DNA from: Nitrosopumilus sp.
GTDB lineage: Archaea > Thermoproteota > Nitrososphaeria > Nitrososphaerales > Nitrosopumilaceae
Direction of reading: 5' to 3'
DNA: 64,000 nt
NCBI GenBank assembly: GCA_965238275.1
Contig: OZ250186.1
Span: forward strand, 64,001-128,000
This document shows, one piece after another, positions 20,924-30,290 of the stretch; the stretch's first letter is position 1; every line of letters starts with the position of its first letter. The position numbers were made by a program, and so were the translations under genes. Under the pieces are notes generated by a model, which was not told where the DNA came from, did not search any database, and was given only the letters and a program-made list of their open reading frames with translations.

Positions 20924-22344
20924 GTATGGGCCAGAACAATCCGCTCACCTTTGGCTAAATTATTCATACAATCCTGCATCTCGTCAAACCTGGCGTGGTT
21001 GAAACCACGGCTTGCACAGAAATCAGGCGACAGGCAAACAAAGATTCGTATTATTCCACACGCCAGAATAAATTTTCACAATAATGTGGCTAATTTACCA
21101 GATAACCCACAAGTCGGTTGCCCATCTCTTTTTCAAGGATTATCGCTATTGCCGCCTTTAGCTCCTCCGGTGACTCAAAGTACCGGCCTGCCAGCCGTCT
21201 CTTGAGATCCCTCCAGACGTTTTCGATCTGGTTCAGCTGCGGCGTGCGGGGCGGGAGAAATTCCAGCTCGACGTCACCGCCCGTGCCGGCCACGTATTCT
21301 CTGACCTTGTGCGACTTGTGGTACGACGCGTTGTCCAGGACCATGTAGAATTTTGGGTGGCTCTTGCGGACATCCTCGAGGAATTCCTTGAACGTCTCCG
21401 AGTTTGCAGAATCCGCCATGCGGACGTAGAGGGTGTCTGTGCCCATGATGCCAAGCAGGCTGACGGCCTTTTTCGAGAACCCGGTCTGGATCTCGTCGCG
21501 TCCTCCCGTGGGCCTCCACCCGTAGCCCGGTTCCTGTGACATGCCGACTGCAGCCTCGTCTTCGACGAACACGGCATACCCTTCATTGGCCAGATCCCCC
21601 GCCTTCCTGCCGGCCCTTGCCTTGAACTCTTCTTGCTCGCTTTTGGAGGCGGATTTGGGCGGAACGGGCCGGGTTTTTCTGTAAGAGAACCCGATCTTTT
21701 TGAGCATCCTTCGCAACGTGCGCGCCTTGCAGCAATCCAGTCCAAACGTCCGCCGGATCATCTCCAGTATCAAGTTGAGCTGCCAGGAGCCTGACTCGAA
21801 TCCGTACTTTTTCGGCTTGTTGCCAAGCCACGCCCTGACCGTCCTGGAAAATGATTTGGGCATCTTGCTTTTCCTGCCCCCGCGCGTTCGGTTGAACCGG
21901 GCTTTCAACCCCCGTCCCTGCATCCGCACCAGCCAGTCGCGCACTGTGGAATACGGCATGACCAGTTCCTTGCATATATTCCGGATGCTGCGTCCCTGCT
22001 TTCTCAGGATGCACGCAAGCAGCCTGATCTTGGCCAGCTTGTTCTTCTCTTTTGCGCACGCCCGCACCAGCTTCTTTTTGCTCACGTTCGGCATGAACCG
22101 GGATCCAACCTCGAGCTTCTTTTGCCTGGAATCCGGTACTGAACTTGCCTTTGCGTGATGGACTGATTCGGCAACGCCTTGCTTTCCGTCGGCTGCAATC
22201 ATCATAAGCACGTGGGCGTGTGCCTGTGATCTGAATGTATCTCGGCGGCAATCTGACTGTAGTAATGACGGGTAGATTATCCCATGAGACATGGTAATTT
22301 GTGGAATTAATGACCCACGGTGATCGGATTGCTCTGGCCCCTAC
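20924..22344 (-). mobile_element. IS630-family element
   Basis: IRs GTATGGGCCAGAACAATCCGCTCACC / GGTGATCGGATTGCTCTGGCCCCTAC; TA on both sides. Confidence 0.85.
21090..22094 (-). CDS. IS630 transposase (single ORF)
   Basis: HTH, EDEA, LDNASYH, PQLNQIENVW. Confidence 0.9.
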   Translation of the reverse strand: MPNVSKKKLVRACAKEKNKLAKIRLLACILRKQGRSIRNICKELVMPYSTVRDWLVRMQGRGLKARFNRTRGGRKSKMPKSFSRTVRAWLGNKPKKYGFESGSWQLNLILEMIRRTFGLDCCKARTLRRMLKKIGFSYRKTRPVPPKSASKSEQEEFKARAGRKAGDLANEGYAVFVEDEAAVGMSQEPGYGWRPTGGRDEIQTGFSKKAVSLLGIMGTDTLYVRMADSANSETFKEFLEDVRKSHPKFYMVLDNASYHKSHKVREYVAGTGGDVELEFLPPRTPQLNQIENVWRDLKRRLAGRYFESPEELKAAIAIILEKEMGNRLVGYLVN

Positions 22345-22346
22345 TA

Positions 22347-22859
22347 AGCACATCAAAAACGCCATCAAGCCTTAACTTGGCAGGAGTGGCACAACTCTAT
22401 GGCACCGACGGGTTCTCCAACCCCAACAACAATGTCTCGTACAGAGACAGGGTTTACCCCGATGGTTCCAATCCATCGCCGGAACCGAGCACGGTGCCGC
22501 CCCCGGCACAGAGCAGCCCGGCATGTGAGCGCACCGATTTCACGTACGACTGGACCATAAACGAGTTCGAGTTGGAATCCGGGTGGTACCAATGGTACAC
22601 CATATGTGGCAGCCCGATATCCTACTCCTTTTCAACCAGTAGCAGTTACGACGGGTTCAACATTTACGTGCTTCCGCCGGAGACTGACGTTGAGGATTTC
22701 GTAAACAATGGCGGAGCATATTACACATGTGAGGATCCTGATGAGCAATGGCACAGAAAATCAAACACGTGCAACATCGAACCTGGCTCCAACATAGTCC
22801 TAGACAACACGATGGACAACTCGATATACATAAGCGGATGGATCAGGACGCCAACGTAG
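22347..22859 (+). pseudogene. 3' part of a probable secreted protein (possible matrixin-like protease tail); 5' end lost at the IS boundary
   Basis: The frame is open from the IS end. LAGVAQLYG resembles the C-terminal helix of M10 proteases; a Pro-rich linker and a Cys-containing beta domain follow. Confidence 0.5.
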
Positions 22860-22942
22860 TTTGACGCAACGCAACGGGTGGATCGAGTTTATCAGATTTA
22901 TGCTACGGCAAGCAACACCGCATCCTAAATTCGGGGCATATT

Positions 22943-24624
22943 AGATCTCATGCAGAATGTGCCTGATTTAAAAAACTGAATTAAATTGGGTTATTCCCAC
23001 GTGCGGCACCACATGCGGCCGAATATCCACAGAATCGTAAAGCATGCCAATCCAAGAAGGATAACCGAAACGTTAAGATCGGTGATTTTTACGCCACACC
23101 GTGATGGCAATGCTAGTCGATCCAACGGTGCAGAGATTACGGCAGGAAAACGAGGCGCTCAGGGAGTCGGATGAATCCTGCCGGCAGAGGATCAGGGCCC
23201 TCAGGGAAGCACGCAGGACAGACCGACAGAAGTGCGAGGCGCTCAAGGAACGCCTGACTGATCACTGGACCGTCACGTCGAGGGTTCTCGACGACATCAT
23301 AAAATATCCGGAATTACTGCACGCCATGACGCTGCGCACCCCGGAAAAGTTTGGCCACACGCTGAACCGCCTCGAGGAGCTTTTGGAGCGGAACGGGGAG
23401 ACTGCGCTCTTCCGGGAAATCGAGAACAGATCGAAAAACTCCGGGAGCAGGCGCATCCTGCCCCTGAGGCACGCGTACCTGCTGTGGCTGTTTCGGACAA
23501 GGCTGAGCATACCGCAGGAAGCCCTTGCCGCGATGTTTGGCGTCGACCAGGCCACCGTCTCCAGGTATCTCCCGTTGATGACCAGGCTGCTCGGCGAGAC
23601 AGGCACGGCGCCGCACAAAATCAGTGAGGCTGTACAAAAGACCAAGACACTCGAGGAGAGCAAGAAGATAATACCCGGCAGGAGGGGAGGAGAACTGATG
23701 GTGGACGGCACGCACAACCGGGTCAGAAGGTCCGCGGACAAGGAGAGACGCAAAAAGACGTACTCTGGCAAGAAGAAGGCGCACACGTACAATACCAACA
23801 TCGTGATCAACAAGCGCCGCGTGATAGTGGCGATAAGCAAGACCGTTCCGGGCAGCGTCCACGACAAGACCCTGCTCAACGAGGATCCGCCAAACCTTGG
23901 AATCATTACGGCAAGGATGGGCCAGAAGGACGTGCCCGAAAAAGAAAAGCCTGACGTCCTGATGGACAAGGGCTACCAAGGGACAAGAGAGGAATATCCC
24001 GGATGGCACATCAGGCACCCGCACAAGAAAAAGCGTGGAGCCGACAAAAAGACCGGCGGCCTGACAAAGAAGCAGCGCGCCTACAACAAGAGGGTAAACA
24101 GCTCCCGTGTGGCCATAGAGCACGTCATCGGAAGCCTGAAACAGTACAAGAGGCTGACTGACCCGTACGACGGCACCGAGGAGGAGTACAACGACGAGCT
24201 CAACGCGATTGCGGGAATGGTAAACCAGGATCTGATGTGGGACGAAATAAAACTCAGGGACGCGGACCTTCTCAAAAGGCTGGCCGAAAAAAGGGCGCGC
24301 CTCTGAGACAGGGCGGCACGAGCCGCCTGACGGAGTGAAAGGCAGGTGGCATCAGGCAGTGCAGGAATGTCGCGCACGGCATCCAATATTTGTGCAAATT
24401 CCCCCACCATTCCCCATGAAACAACCTGCCGCCCCGGGGACGGATGCCGCACATCCACAGGACGTGCCTTATTTTCCAATACTGGAAACTGGATTTTTCA
24501 CATGGACGTGCAAGACAAATTTGTAAAATATACGGCAGACGAGATTTTCAAATATGGCCACGGCTAGCGCAGTTCTGACATGATTTTATGATTTGCCACG
24601 TCAGGCACATTCTGCATAGGATCT
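22943..24624 (+). mobile_element. IS5/ISL2-like element, family 2, copy 1 (1682 bp)
   Basis: IRs AGATCTCATGCAGAATGTGCCTGA / TCAGGCACATTCTGCATAGGATCT; ATT target duplication; near-identical copy at 42758. Confidence 0.92.
23101..24306 (+). CDS. IS5/ISL2-like (DDE_Tnp_4-type) transposase
   Basis: HTH LAAMFGVDQATVSRY; VDGT, VHD, DKGYQG, IEHVIG. Confidence 0.9.
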   Translation: MMAMLVDPTVQRLRQENEALRESDESCRQRIRALREARRTDRQKCEALKERLTDHWTVTSRVLDDIIKYPELLHAMTLRTPEKFGHTLNRLEELLERNGETALFREIENRSKNSGSRRILPLRHAYLLWLFRTRLSIPQEALAAMFGVDQATVSRYLPLMTRLLGETGTAPHKISEAVQKTKTLEESKKIIPGRRGGELMVDGTHNRVRRSADKERRKKTYSGKKKAHTYNTNIVINKRRVIVAISKTVPGSVHDKTLLNEDPPNLGIITARMGQKDVPEKEKPDVLMDKGYQGTREEYPGWHIRHPHKKKRGADKKTGGLTKKQRAYNKRVNSSRVAIEHVIGSLKQYKRLTDPYDGTEEEYNDELNAIAGMVNQDLMWDEIKLRDADLLKRLAEKRARL

Positions 24625-24643
24625 ATTAGTGTTCATTAGTGAC

Positions 24644-24714
24644 TTTGTTAAGTTATCGGCACTTGGCCAATATTGTTAACTCTCGACATCTGATGGGTGT
24701 TAACTTACGGCATC
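24644..24714 (+). repeat. Three degenerate 17-bp direct repeats (TGTTAAC-N2/3-TCG-N-CAYC family)
   Basis: tgttaagttatcggcac (24646), tgttaactctcgacatc (24674), tgttaacttacggcatc (24698). Confidence 0.7.
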
Positions 24715-24755
24715 TAATATGCATGGATCTAAGCTGCCTGTAACTGGATGCAACC

Positions 24756-25364
24756 TTATGGGTCAAAGTCGTCAATATGCTTCTGTGCCCGTCCGTTTTT
24801 GGGTTTGCCGTTTTTTACCATGTCTGCCAGCTCCTTTTTGTACGATTCACGCGCAGGAAGGGTGCCAGATTCTCCCATAGCATTGAGCCGTTGTTTTTCC
24901 TTCTGGAACAGTCCGATTCGCTCCAGCGGTCTCTGTTTTCTCTTCAGCATGCGGTAATGCGTGAACGGCACCGAGTCCTCTATTTCCTCGGCATCAAACG
25001 ACTTTGCTATCGCGAGCAGATCCGTTATGTAGCCTTGGCTAAGACCAAAGTCCTTGGACAGCGCTGCGGTGTAGTTTGTTACCTCAAATCTGTCTTGGAC
25101 GGATACGGCAAAGTCCAAGAACAGCTTGCCTGCCCCGAAATACGCGGAGCTTGGTACCGTTTTCTTGGGATTGCCGAGTTCGTCACGGAACCGGCTTTTT
25201 GCGGATTCCACCATGTAGGAATACTGTGCGTTCAATTCGGCTACCTTCTTGGCTGCATCCTGGCCAAGATCCGCGTAGTACGCCATGTCGATCATGGCAC
25301 TTGTCTTGTGCCCTCCGGCAACGGATACCCGTACCATACGCACCGGGATGGCGTTCAAAGCCAC
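24756..25364 (-). CDS. Helical hypothetical protein, DUF1016/YhcG N-terminal-like; coupled to the GHKL ATPase (true start may be ~25296)
   Basis: YFGAGK...LSKDFGLSQGYI...VPFTHYRML resembles the DUF1016_N pattern; directly follows or overlaps the ATPase stop. Confidence 0.6.
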   Translation of the reverse strand: MALNAIPVRMVRVSVAGGHKTSAMIDMAYYADLGQDAAKKVAELNAQYSYMVESAKSRFRDELGNPKKTVPSSAYFGAGKLFLDFAVSVQDRFEVTNYTAALSKDFGLSQGYITDLLAIAKSFDAEEIEDSVPFTHYRMLKRKQRPLERIGLFQKEKQRLNAMGESGTLPARESYKKELADMVKNGKPKNGRAQKHIDDFDP

Positions 25365-26881
25365 ACCTTGTGCAGTATATCCTCAAAATGTGCGAACGTG
25401 GTGACTGCATCCATCTCAATTTCGTCGTTTTTGGCCTTGATGAGCGACGAAATGACCACGCGGGTGAGGTTGTAATCGTGCAGCGTGCGGTTGTTTTCGA
25501 CGCGCTTGTGGAATGGGTGTCCTACGTTGTACACCACGGCTCCGCTGGACGGATCCAGCCACCCCTCGCGCCCGTCTTGCGGAGCGTCAAGCGGTATGAT
25601 GCATATGCCCCGGCTTTTGCGGGGTTTGGCTTTTCCCGATTGTTCGGACTTCTCGTCTTCGAAGTGACTGGTTCCGTTCTGGTTGTCGCCGGGGGCATCC
25701 TCATGGTGGCCGGACGCCCCGTTTTCCGAATGCATTGAAGTCTGGGAGCCTTGCATTTCGCCTATTTTGATGTCGCCGTCATCGGATCGGACCAGCAGGT
25801 CTTGCTTGACTATCTTGGCAAACGGGTTGAATTGCTTCAATTCCGGCATGCGCAACGCCTTGTTGAGGCGTTCCGTGAGCTCGTTCACCACCACCTGCGT
25901 GTCGTTTATCTCCTTTGACACGTCGCGCAGGTAGCCGTTGGATTTGAGAATTTCATAAAAGTTATTCTTGACGCTGGCGAGTATCTTGTTGGTATGAAAG
26001 TTCCGTTCAAAGTTTTCCTTGTTGGTCGTGAGATGATCCGCCAAGACCGTCACGTCGGCCATGCAGAATATGCGCTTTTCATGCTGTGGCCTTACTTGCG
26101 CGATCCAATCGACCTGTTCGTTCTTTATCCTCTTACCGTGGACGTAATACGTTACGTGTCGCAGGTCGGCAGATATCTCGTCGTCTGCCACCCAAACGCG
26201 ACACGGCATGTGGTAGCGTTTGTGTTTTGACGTTTTTTGGAACGACTTGCCTTTCGGCTTCCATGGCAGCACCGGTATGTCCCCTATTATCAGCGAAAGC
26301 CGCTTCGAGATGAGCGCCGCGTTGAACCAGAACCGCAGGCTTCCTTCCATGTTCTTTATCAGCCACGCGTATCCGGTTTCCGGCACCCTTACAGTATATG
26401 TGGTGCCGGATGCGTGGTCGGAAACGGCATGCCCTGTTATGGTCTCCATGCTCACCCCGTTGCCGTTAGTTTCCCACACGATCTTGTCCGCCCCATCTCT
26501 TGATCTTTCCCGCCACATCCTTGAGGCGAGCACGTCGCTACCTTTTCCGGTAACGGTTGTGATTTCGGCGTCTGGCCATGCAGCCATGAATATCTTTGCG
26601 CCGACGCCTGCAAACCCTATACCTTTCCCCTTCTCTTTTGTGGACACCGCCACCGTATGATAGTTCACGAAATCAACCTCGTTCATCGGAACGCCGTTGT
26701 TATGGAACGTTACGTGACAGCCGCTTGGGTAGCGTTTAAGGTCGATGTTGATCGTGTCAGCCCCGGCGTCCATGCCGTTGGCTACCGCTTCGAGCACGAG
26801 CACTTCTATGTCCTCGTATTCGTACATACCAAGCAGGTTTTGTAGCATGTTGAGCAAGTTGACGGTCATCGGTTGCTTCAT
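25355..26881 (-). CDS. GHKL (Hsp90/MORC-like) ATPase
   Basis: Bergerat motifs EAVANGMDA, NNGVPM, GIGFAGVGAK, GTT; S5-like middle region; C-terminal YNVGHPF. Confidence 0.85.
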   Translation of the reverse strand: MKQPMTVNLLNMLQNLLGMYEYEDIEVLVLEAVANGMDAGADTINIDLKRYPSGCHVTFHNNGVPMNEVDFVNYHTVAVSTKEKGKGIGFAGVGAKIFMAAWPDAEITTVTGKGSDVLASRMWRERSRDGADKIVWETNGNGVSMETITGHAVSDHASGTTYTVRVPETGYAWLIKNMEGSLRFWFNAALISKRLSLIIGDIPVLPWKPKGKSFQKTSKHKRYHMPCRVWVADDEISADLRHVTYYVHGKRIKNEQVDWIAQVRPQHEKRIFCMADVTVLADHLTTNKENFERNFHTNKILASVKNNFYEILKSNGYLRDVSKEINDTQVVVNELTERLNKALRMPELKQFNPFAKIVKQDLLVRSDDGDIKIGEMQGSQTSMHSENGASGHHEDAPGDNQNGTSHFEDEKSEQSGKAKPRKSRGICIIPLDAPQDGREGWLDPSSGAVVYNVGHPFHKRVENNRTLHDYNLTRVVISSLIKAKNDEIEMDAVTTFAHFEDILHKVWL

Positions 26882-26930
26882 GTTTCATTGAATTGTTGTG
26901 ACCTTGTTAAAAAGTTAAGTTACTCTGGAT

Positions 26931-26981
26931 TCTGCTACGTTATCGTCACCTGAGCGCGACTGTTAACCATCGTCATCCAAT
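26931..26981 (+). repeat. Degenerate direct copy of the 24644-24694 two-unit repeat
   Basis: tgctacgttatcgtcacc (26933) and tgttaaccatcgtcatcc (26961), with the same 28-bp spacing. Confidence 0.65.
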
Positions 26982-27080
26982 AAACAAATGTACTGTCCCC
27001 TGACGGATGCGATACATGAGACCACATTGACAGCAAACCTCGTAGTATGCAAGATTCGGGATTTCGATGGTTGACTACAG

Positions 27081-27971
27081 TTACTCGTCAAAACTGACGG
27101 AAAACTTGGATGAATCAAACCCAAGCGTGTCCAACAGTTTGATTGTGTATTGCTTGACTCCGGTTTGGCTTAGGTTGCTATTGATATACAGTGTATGCAC
27201 AAGCTTGCTACTCTTAAACGGAATACCGGTTCTGTGTTCACCTCTGGAATTGATAATGGTACTCTTTGGGGTGTACTGAATGGGGCAGTTCATTATATTC
27301 AGATGTCTGTTATCCATCAGCCACTTTACCGTGCTGGCAAGTATGTCAATCCATTTATTGAGTTTGGCAGATGAGGCATCTGGGAAGTAAAGCCTTGTAG
27401 GAGGATGCTTCAATGGATTGGGTATCTCGGAAATTGGTATCTTTCCATGTAGATCACTTTCCTGAATGAGTTCAGGTTCTTTGGTTGATTTGACTTCCTC
27501 AGTTTCCTCTACACCTTCGCTCGCAATTATCTGGTGCAGATTTATCGCGTTGGATATGAAGCTTTTCGGATCGTCGTTCAGGTTGAATGCGTACTCTGGG
27601 GTTATCTTTGACCTGACGTAGACGTTCCATTGTATGCCGTCGGTGACAACGCCGTACTGTACATCTGAATCATCCAGATACTTCTCCACCATGCTTCTTT
27701 TTGGCGTCTTGCCTACACGCTTTGCTTCGATAATCATCGTCTTCCCCATCCTGTAGTCTACCCTGTTTTTGCTGGCCAAGGATTCCTCCATTACAACGGC
27801 ATCCGGATTGGTCAGATCCCAGCCGAGCTCCACTAACAATGGATCAATCAACACGTACCGGGTCATGGTCTCGTTGTTGGCAAGCACTGCATTGTGGTCC
27901 TTGGCTTTCATTCTCAATGTCTTTACCAATTCATTTAGTTGTTTCAACAAAAATACACAGTAAATACACAC
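27081..27971 (-). CDS. Restriction endonuclease-like protein (HsdR N-terminal PD-(D/E)XK domain plus a C-terminal putative DNA-reading domain)
   Basis: NETMTRYVLIDPLL..LGWD, RVDY, IIEAK, YGVVTDGIQW. Confidence 0.8.
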   Translation of the reverse strand: MCIYCVFLLKQLNELVKTLRMKAKDHNAVLANNETMTRYVLIDPLLVELGWDLTNPDAVVMEESLASKNRVDYRMGKTMIIEAKRVGKTPKRSMVEKYLDDSDVQYGVVTDGIQWNVYVRSKITPEYAFNLNDDPKSFISNAINLHQIIASEGVEETEEVKSTKEPELIQESDLHGKIPISEIPNPLKHPPTRLYFPDASSAKLNKWIDILASTVKWLMDNRHLNIMNCPIQYTPKSTIINSRGEHRTGIPFKSSKLVHTLYINSNLSQTGVKQYTIKLLDTLGFDSSKFSVSFDE

Positions 27972-28031
27972 ATACTTACATTATTAAGCCTGTCTATGTT
28001 CACTTGTCGTGTGGTTTCCACAAATCGAGAT

Positions 28032-28078
28032 AGTTCTGATAGATTTTGGTGATCAAACCACTAAAATTTACCAGAGCC
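28032..28078. repeat. 47-bp imperfect palindrome made of two 22-bp arms (ATCACCAAAATTTACCAGAGCC family)
   Basis: agttctgatagattttggtgat-caa-accactaaaatttaccagagcc. Confidence 0.65.
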
Positions 28079-28181
28079 AGTCCAGCTGCACGCCAATGGA
28101 AATGATCCAACCGACCGAGGCATATTTCCTGAGATGCAAAAGCGCGCTTGGGCGGGTTCATCCCGTCAATCACGGCAGGCG

Positions 28182-28376
28182 TCAGGTCCCGTCATCGGGC
28201 ACGTAGATGCGCTCGAAGAAGGCCCGTCTGATGACCACGGTCATGCCGCCACAGACGGCCAGGTAGTCGCCCCTGCGGGCCTTGACCGGGCCGTTGTCCG
28301 TGTCTACCGTGGAGGCCTCGCCTATCCTGCGCGCCAGGATTGTCACGCCGGTATTGGTGTTGCGGTACATCCTCAT
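28182..28376 (-). CDS. Small phage-like protein (PGDYG-like motif)
   Basis: VDTDNGPVKARRGDYL...FFERIY resembles the TxEG...GDY...F..TY pattern of small phage proteins. Confidence 0.6.
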   Translation of the reverse strand: MRMYRNTNTGVTILARRIGEASTVDTDNGPVKARRGDYLAVCGGMTVVIRRAFFERIYVPDDGT

Positions 28377-28502
28377 GGAGTGCCCACCCCTACATGGAAT
28401 TTGCAGCGGATTTGCTCCAACAGTATTGGTCTCACGTGACCAATTCCAACGCATGCGTGCATGCCAACCATGCCCGGCAGATGCAAATATACAGTTCCCC
28501 GC

Positions 28503-28712
28503 ATGCGCAACCTGTCAGGGGAGGTTTCGGTTCAGACGCTTGGGATATGCCACAAGTGCGGCTTGGTTGCCCTGACACCACAGGAGGTGGAGACGATGAT
28601 AGGATACAGGCGTGCAAACGGGAAGTGGATAACCCTGCCCAACTGCCACAAATGCAGGACAAGGCTGTCCAAAAGCCCCAAAAAATGCACGGGGCAAACC
28701 GCAAGAAGATGA
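28503..28712 (+). CDS. Small Zn-ribbon protein
   Basis: CHKC...GYRRANGK...PNCHKC. Confidence 0.55.
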   Translation: MRNLSGEVSVQTLGICHKCGLVALTPQEVETMIGYRRANGKWITLPNCHKCRTRLSKSPKKCTGQTARR

Positions 28713-28755
28713 CAAAGAAATCGATTCTCATGGGCACGATCCAGAAAAGAAGACT

Positions 28756-28935
28756 GAGATCACCAAAATTTACCACCAAGGTACAGGCATGGCTTAACTC
28801 ACTTTTGAACAGCCTTGCAGAGTGCACCATACTTTTGAACACCGTGTTGAACTGCGGCGGAATCGAATCTGGAGAAGATCCAAAAACACACTTTTGAACA
28901 GGGAACGTTAGAGATCACCAAAATTTACCAGAGCC
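28756..28935 (+). repeat. Two 20-bp exact direct repeats GAGATCACCAAAATTTACCA enclosing three ACTTTTGAACA repeats
   Basis: Repeats at 28756 and 28911; 11-mers at 28801, 28831 and 28890. Confidence 0.8.
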
Positions 28936-29152
28936 TGACAACCGGCCCTTTCGGCAGATCATCAGCATCCGTGACGGTATCGGCGCGAAGCGTAACCCAA
29001 AAATCCGCGGTGGGCAAGTCCCACATTCGCGGTGATGGCGTGGATACAACCAGAGGATTCTTGGGAGATTCCGGGTTGACGCCCCCAACCGACGCCGCGC
29101 GGGGATCATTGGTTCACACGTTTTATAATCAATCCAAGCGAACCAGAAACCG

Positions 29153-29776
29153 ATGGGCGCGCCGAAAGCCAACGTGTTTGACTACTTTGGTTCCAGTTTG
29201 GAGGAAACGTTCATGATCGGCCAGAAAGGCGCCGAAGCGCTGGCCGACGCGTACAACGAGTCCGGTTGCTGCACGTCGATCAAGCAATTCATCAAAGTCA
29301 CCAAACGCCACGTCGATCCCGACTTGGCAGAACTGCACAGGTTTCCATTGGAGGCAGTGGCAATCGAATGCCGCCTGGACTGGGAAGAGACGCGACGCGG
29401 GTTGAAAGACTCAAGCCTCAAACCCGAAACCAAAAAGGCAATACATGCCTTTTTCTCAAGGCTCGACGGGCGCGGACTGCGCGGGCTGCAAATCCAATAC
29501 CACATTACAGACAAACTATCCGAACTGCCCGCCCTAGACGACGTCACAGACAGCGGGGAACTCATAGAGGTCGGCGGCTGCGGGGGCGAACCCGCGTGTT
29601 ACCTGCCCGCGACCAGAATCAGTTTTGCCTTCAGCGGCAGGCAAAAAATGTCCGCCGTCTTCTCCCAAGACGGCCTGTCACGACTCATTTCCAGGTTACA
29701 GGGAATTTACGACGAAAGATCCAAGTCAGCCGCGAGGCATGGTGGGATAATAAGCAACCTGCCGGTTATCTGGTGA
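29153..29776 (+). CDS. Hypothetical protein
   Basis: 207 aa ORF with TATA ttttataa about 30 bp upstream. Confidence 0.65.
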   Translation: MGAPKANVFDYFGSSLEETFMIGQKGAEALADAYNESGCCTSIKQFIKVTKRHVDPDLAELHRFPLEAVAIECRLDWEETRRGLKDSSLKPETKKAIHAFFSRLDGRGLRGLQIQYHITDKLSELPALDDVTDSGELIEVGGCGGEPACYLPATRISFAFSGRQKMSAVFSQDGLSRLISRLQGIYDERSKSAARHGGIISNLPVIW

Positions 29777-29886
29777 GGATTCTGCCTGAAAATTAGGAAT
29801 CCCATTTACCATGAAATAACCTGCCACCCCTGACAAATGCCGCACATCCACCGAATGCGTCTTATTTTCCGGTCCCATGGCAAGGA

Positions 29887-30290
29887 TCATAAGTCCGTGT
29901 GGATCAGCACAGTTTTTTTTTTGTTCACATAATTGATCAATTCCAGGCGGAACCGTGCCGTTCGATAATAGGTAGAGACGGCCCGGCACATGTCAGAAAA
30001 TGTCCTACAATATTTGGAAACCAGCAGCCGGCGCTTTCCCTGACGCCAGCACTCTTCCATGGTGTTCAGGTATGGCAAACTCTTGAAGAAATGCATGATC
30101 TTCCATCGTCGTAACGGCATAGCCGGTCACGAACCCAGTTCGGACTACGTCCTTGGATGTCGGCAGCCTCTCCCACGGGCATGTCGAGCACGCGCACCAT
30201 GCGTACCGCGATCATCCTGGTTTGGATCTTGTGGCTCTTTTCTTTTTTGCACACTTTTTTGAATTCTTCCCGTTTAGTGTTGTCCATGCA
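29887..30290 (-). pseudogene. IS630 transposase remnant (internal deletion)
   Basis: N-terminal MDNTKREEFKK... joined to C-terminal PYLNTMEECWRQGK. Confidence 0.75.

Noticed and set aside
24307-24624. RNA-guided (TnpB/IscB or bridge-RNA) element
   Set aside because: No RuvC TnpB/IscB, Y1 or IS110 DEDD transposase is recognisable anywhere in the window; all elements are DDE types with IRs.
28756-28935. Mini CRISPR array
   Set aside because: The repeats are 11 or 20 bp with irregular spacing and only two or three copies; no cas genes are present.
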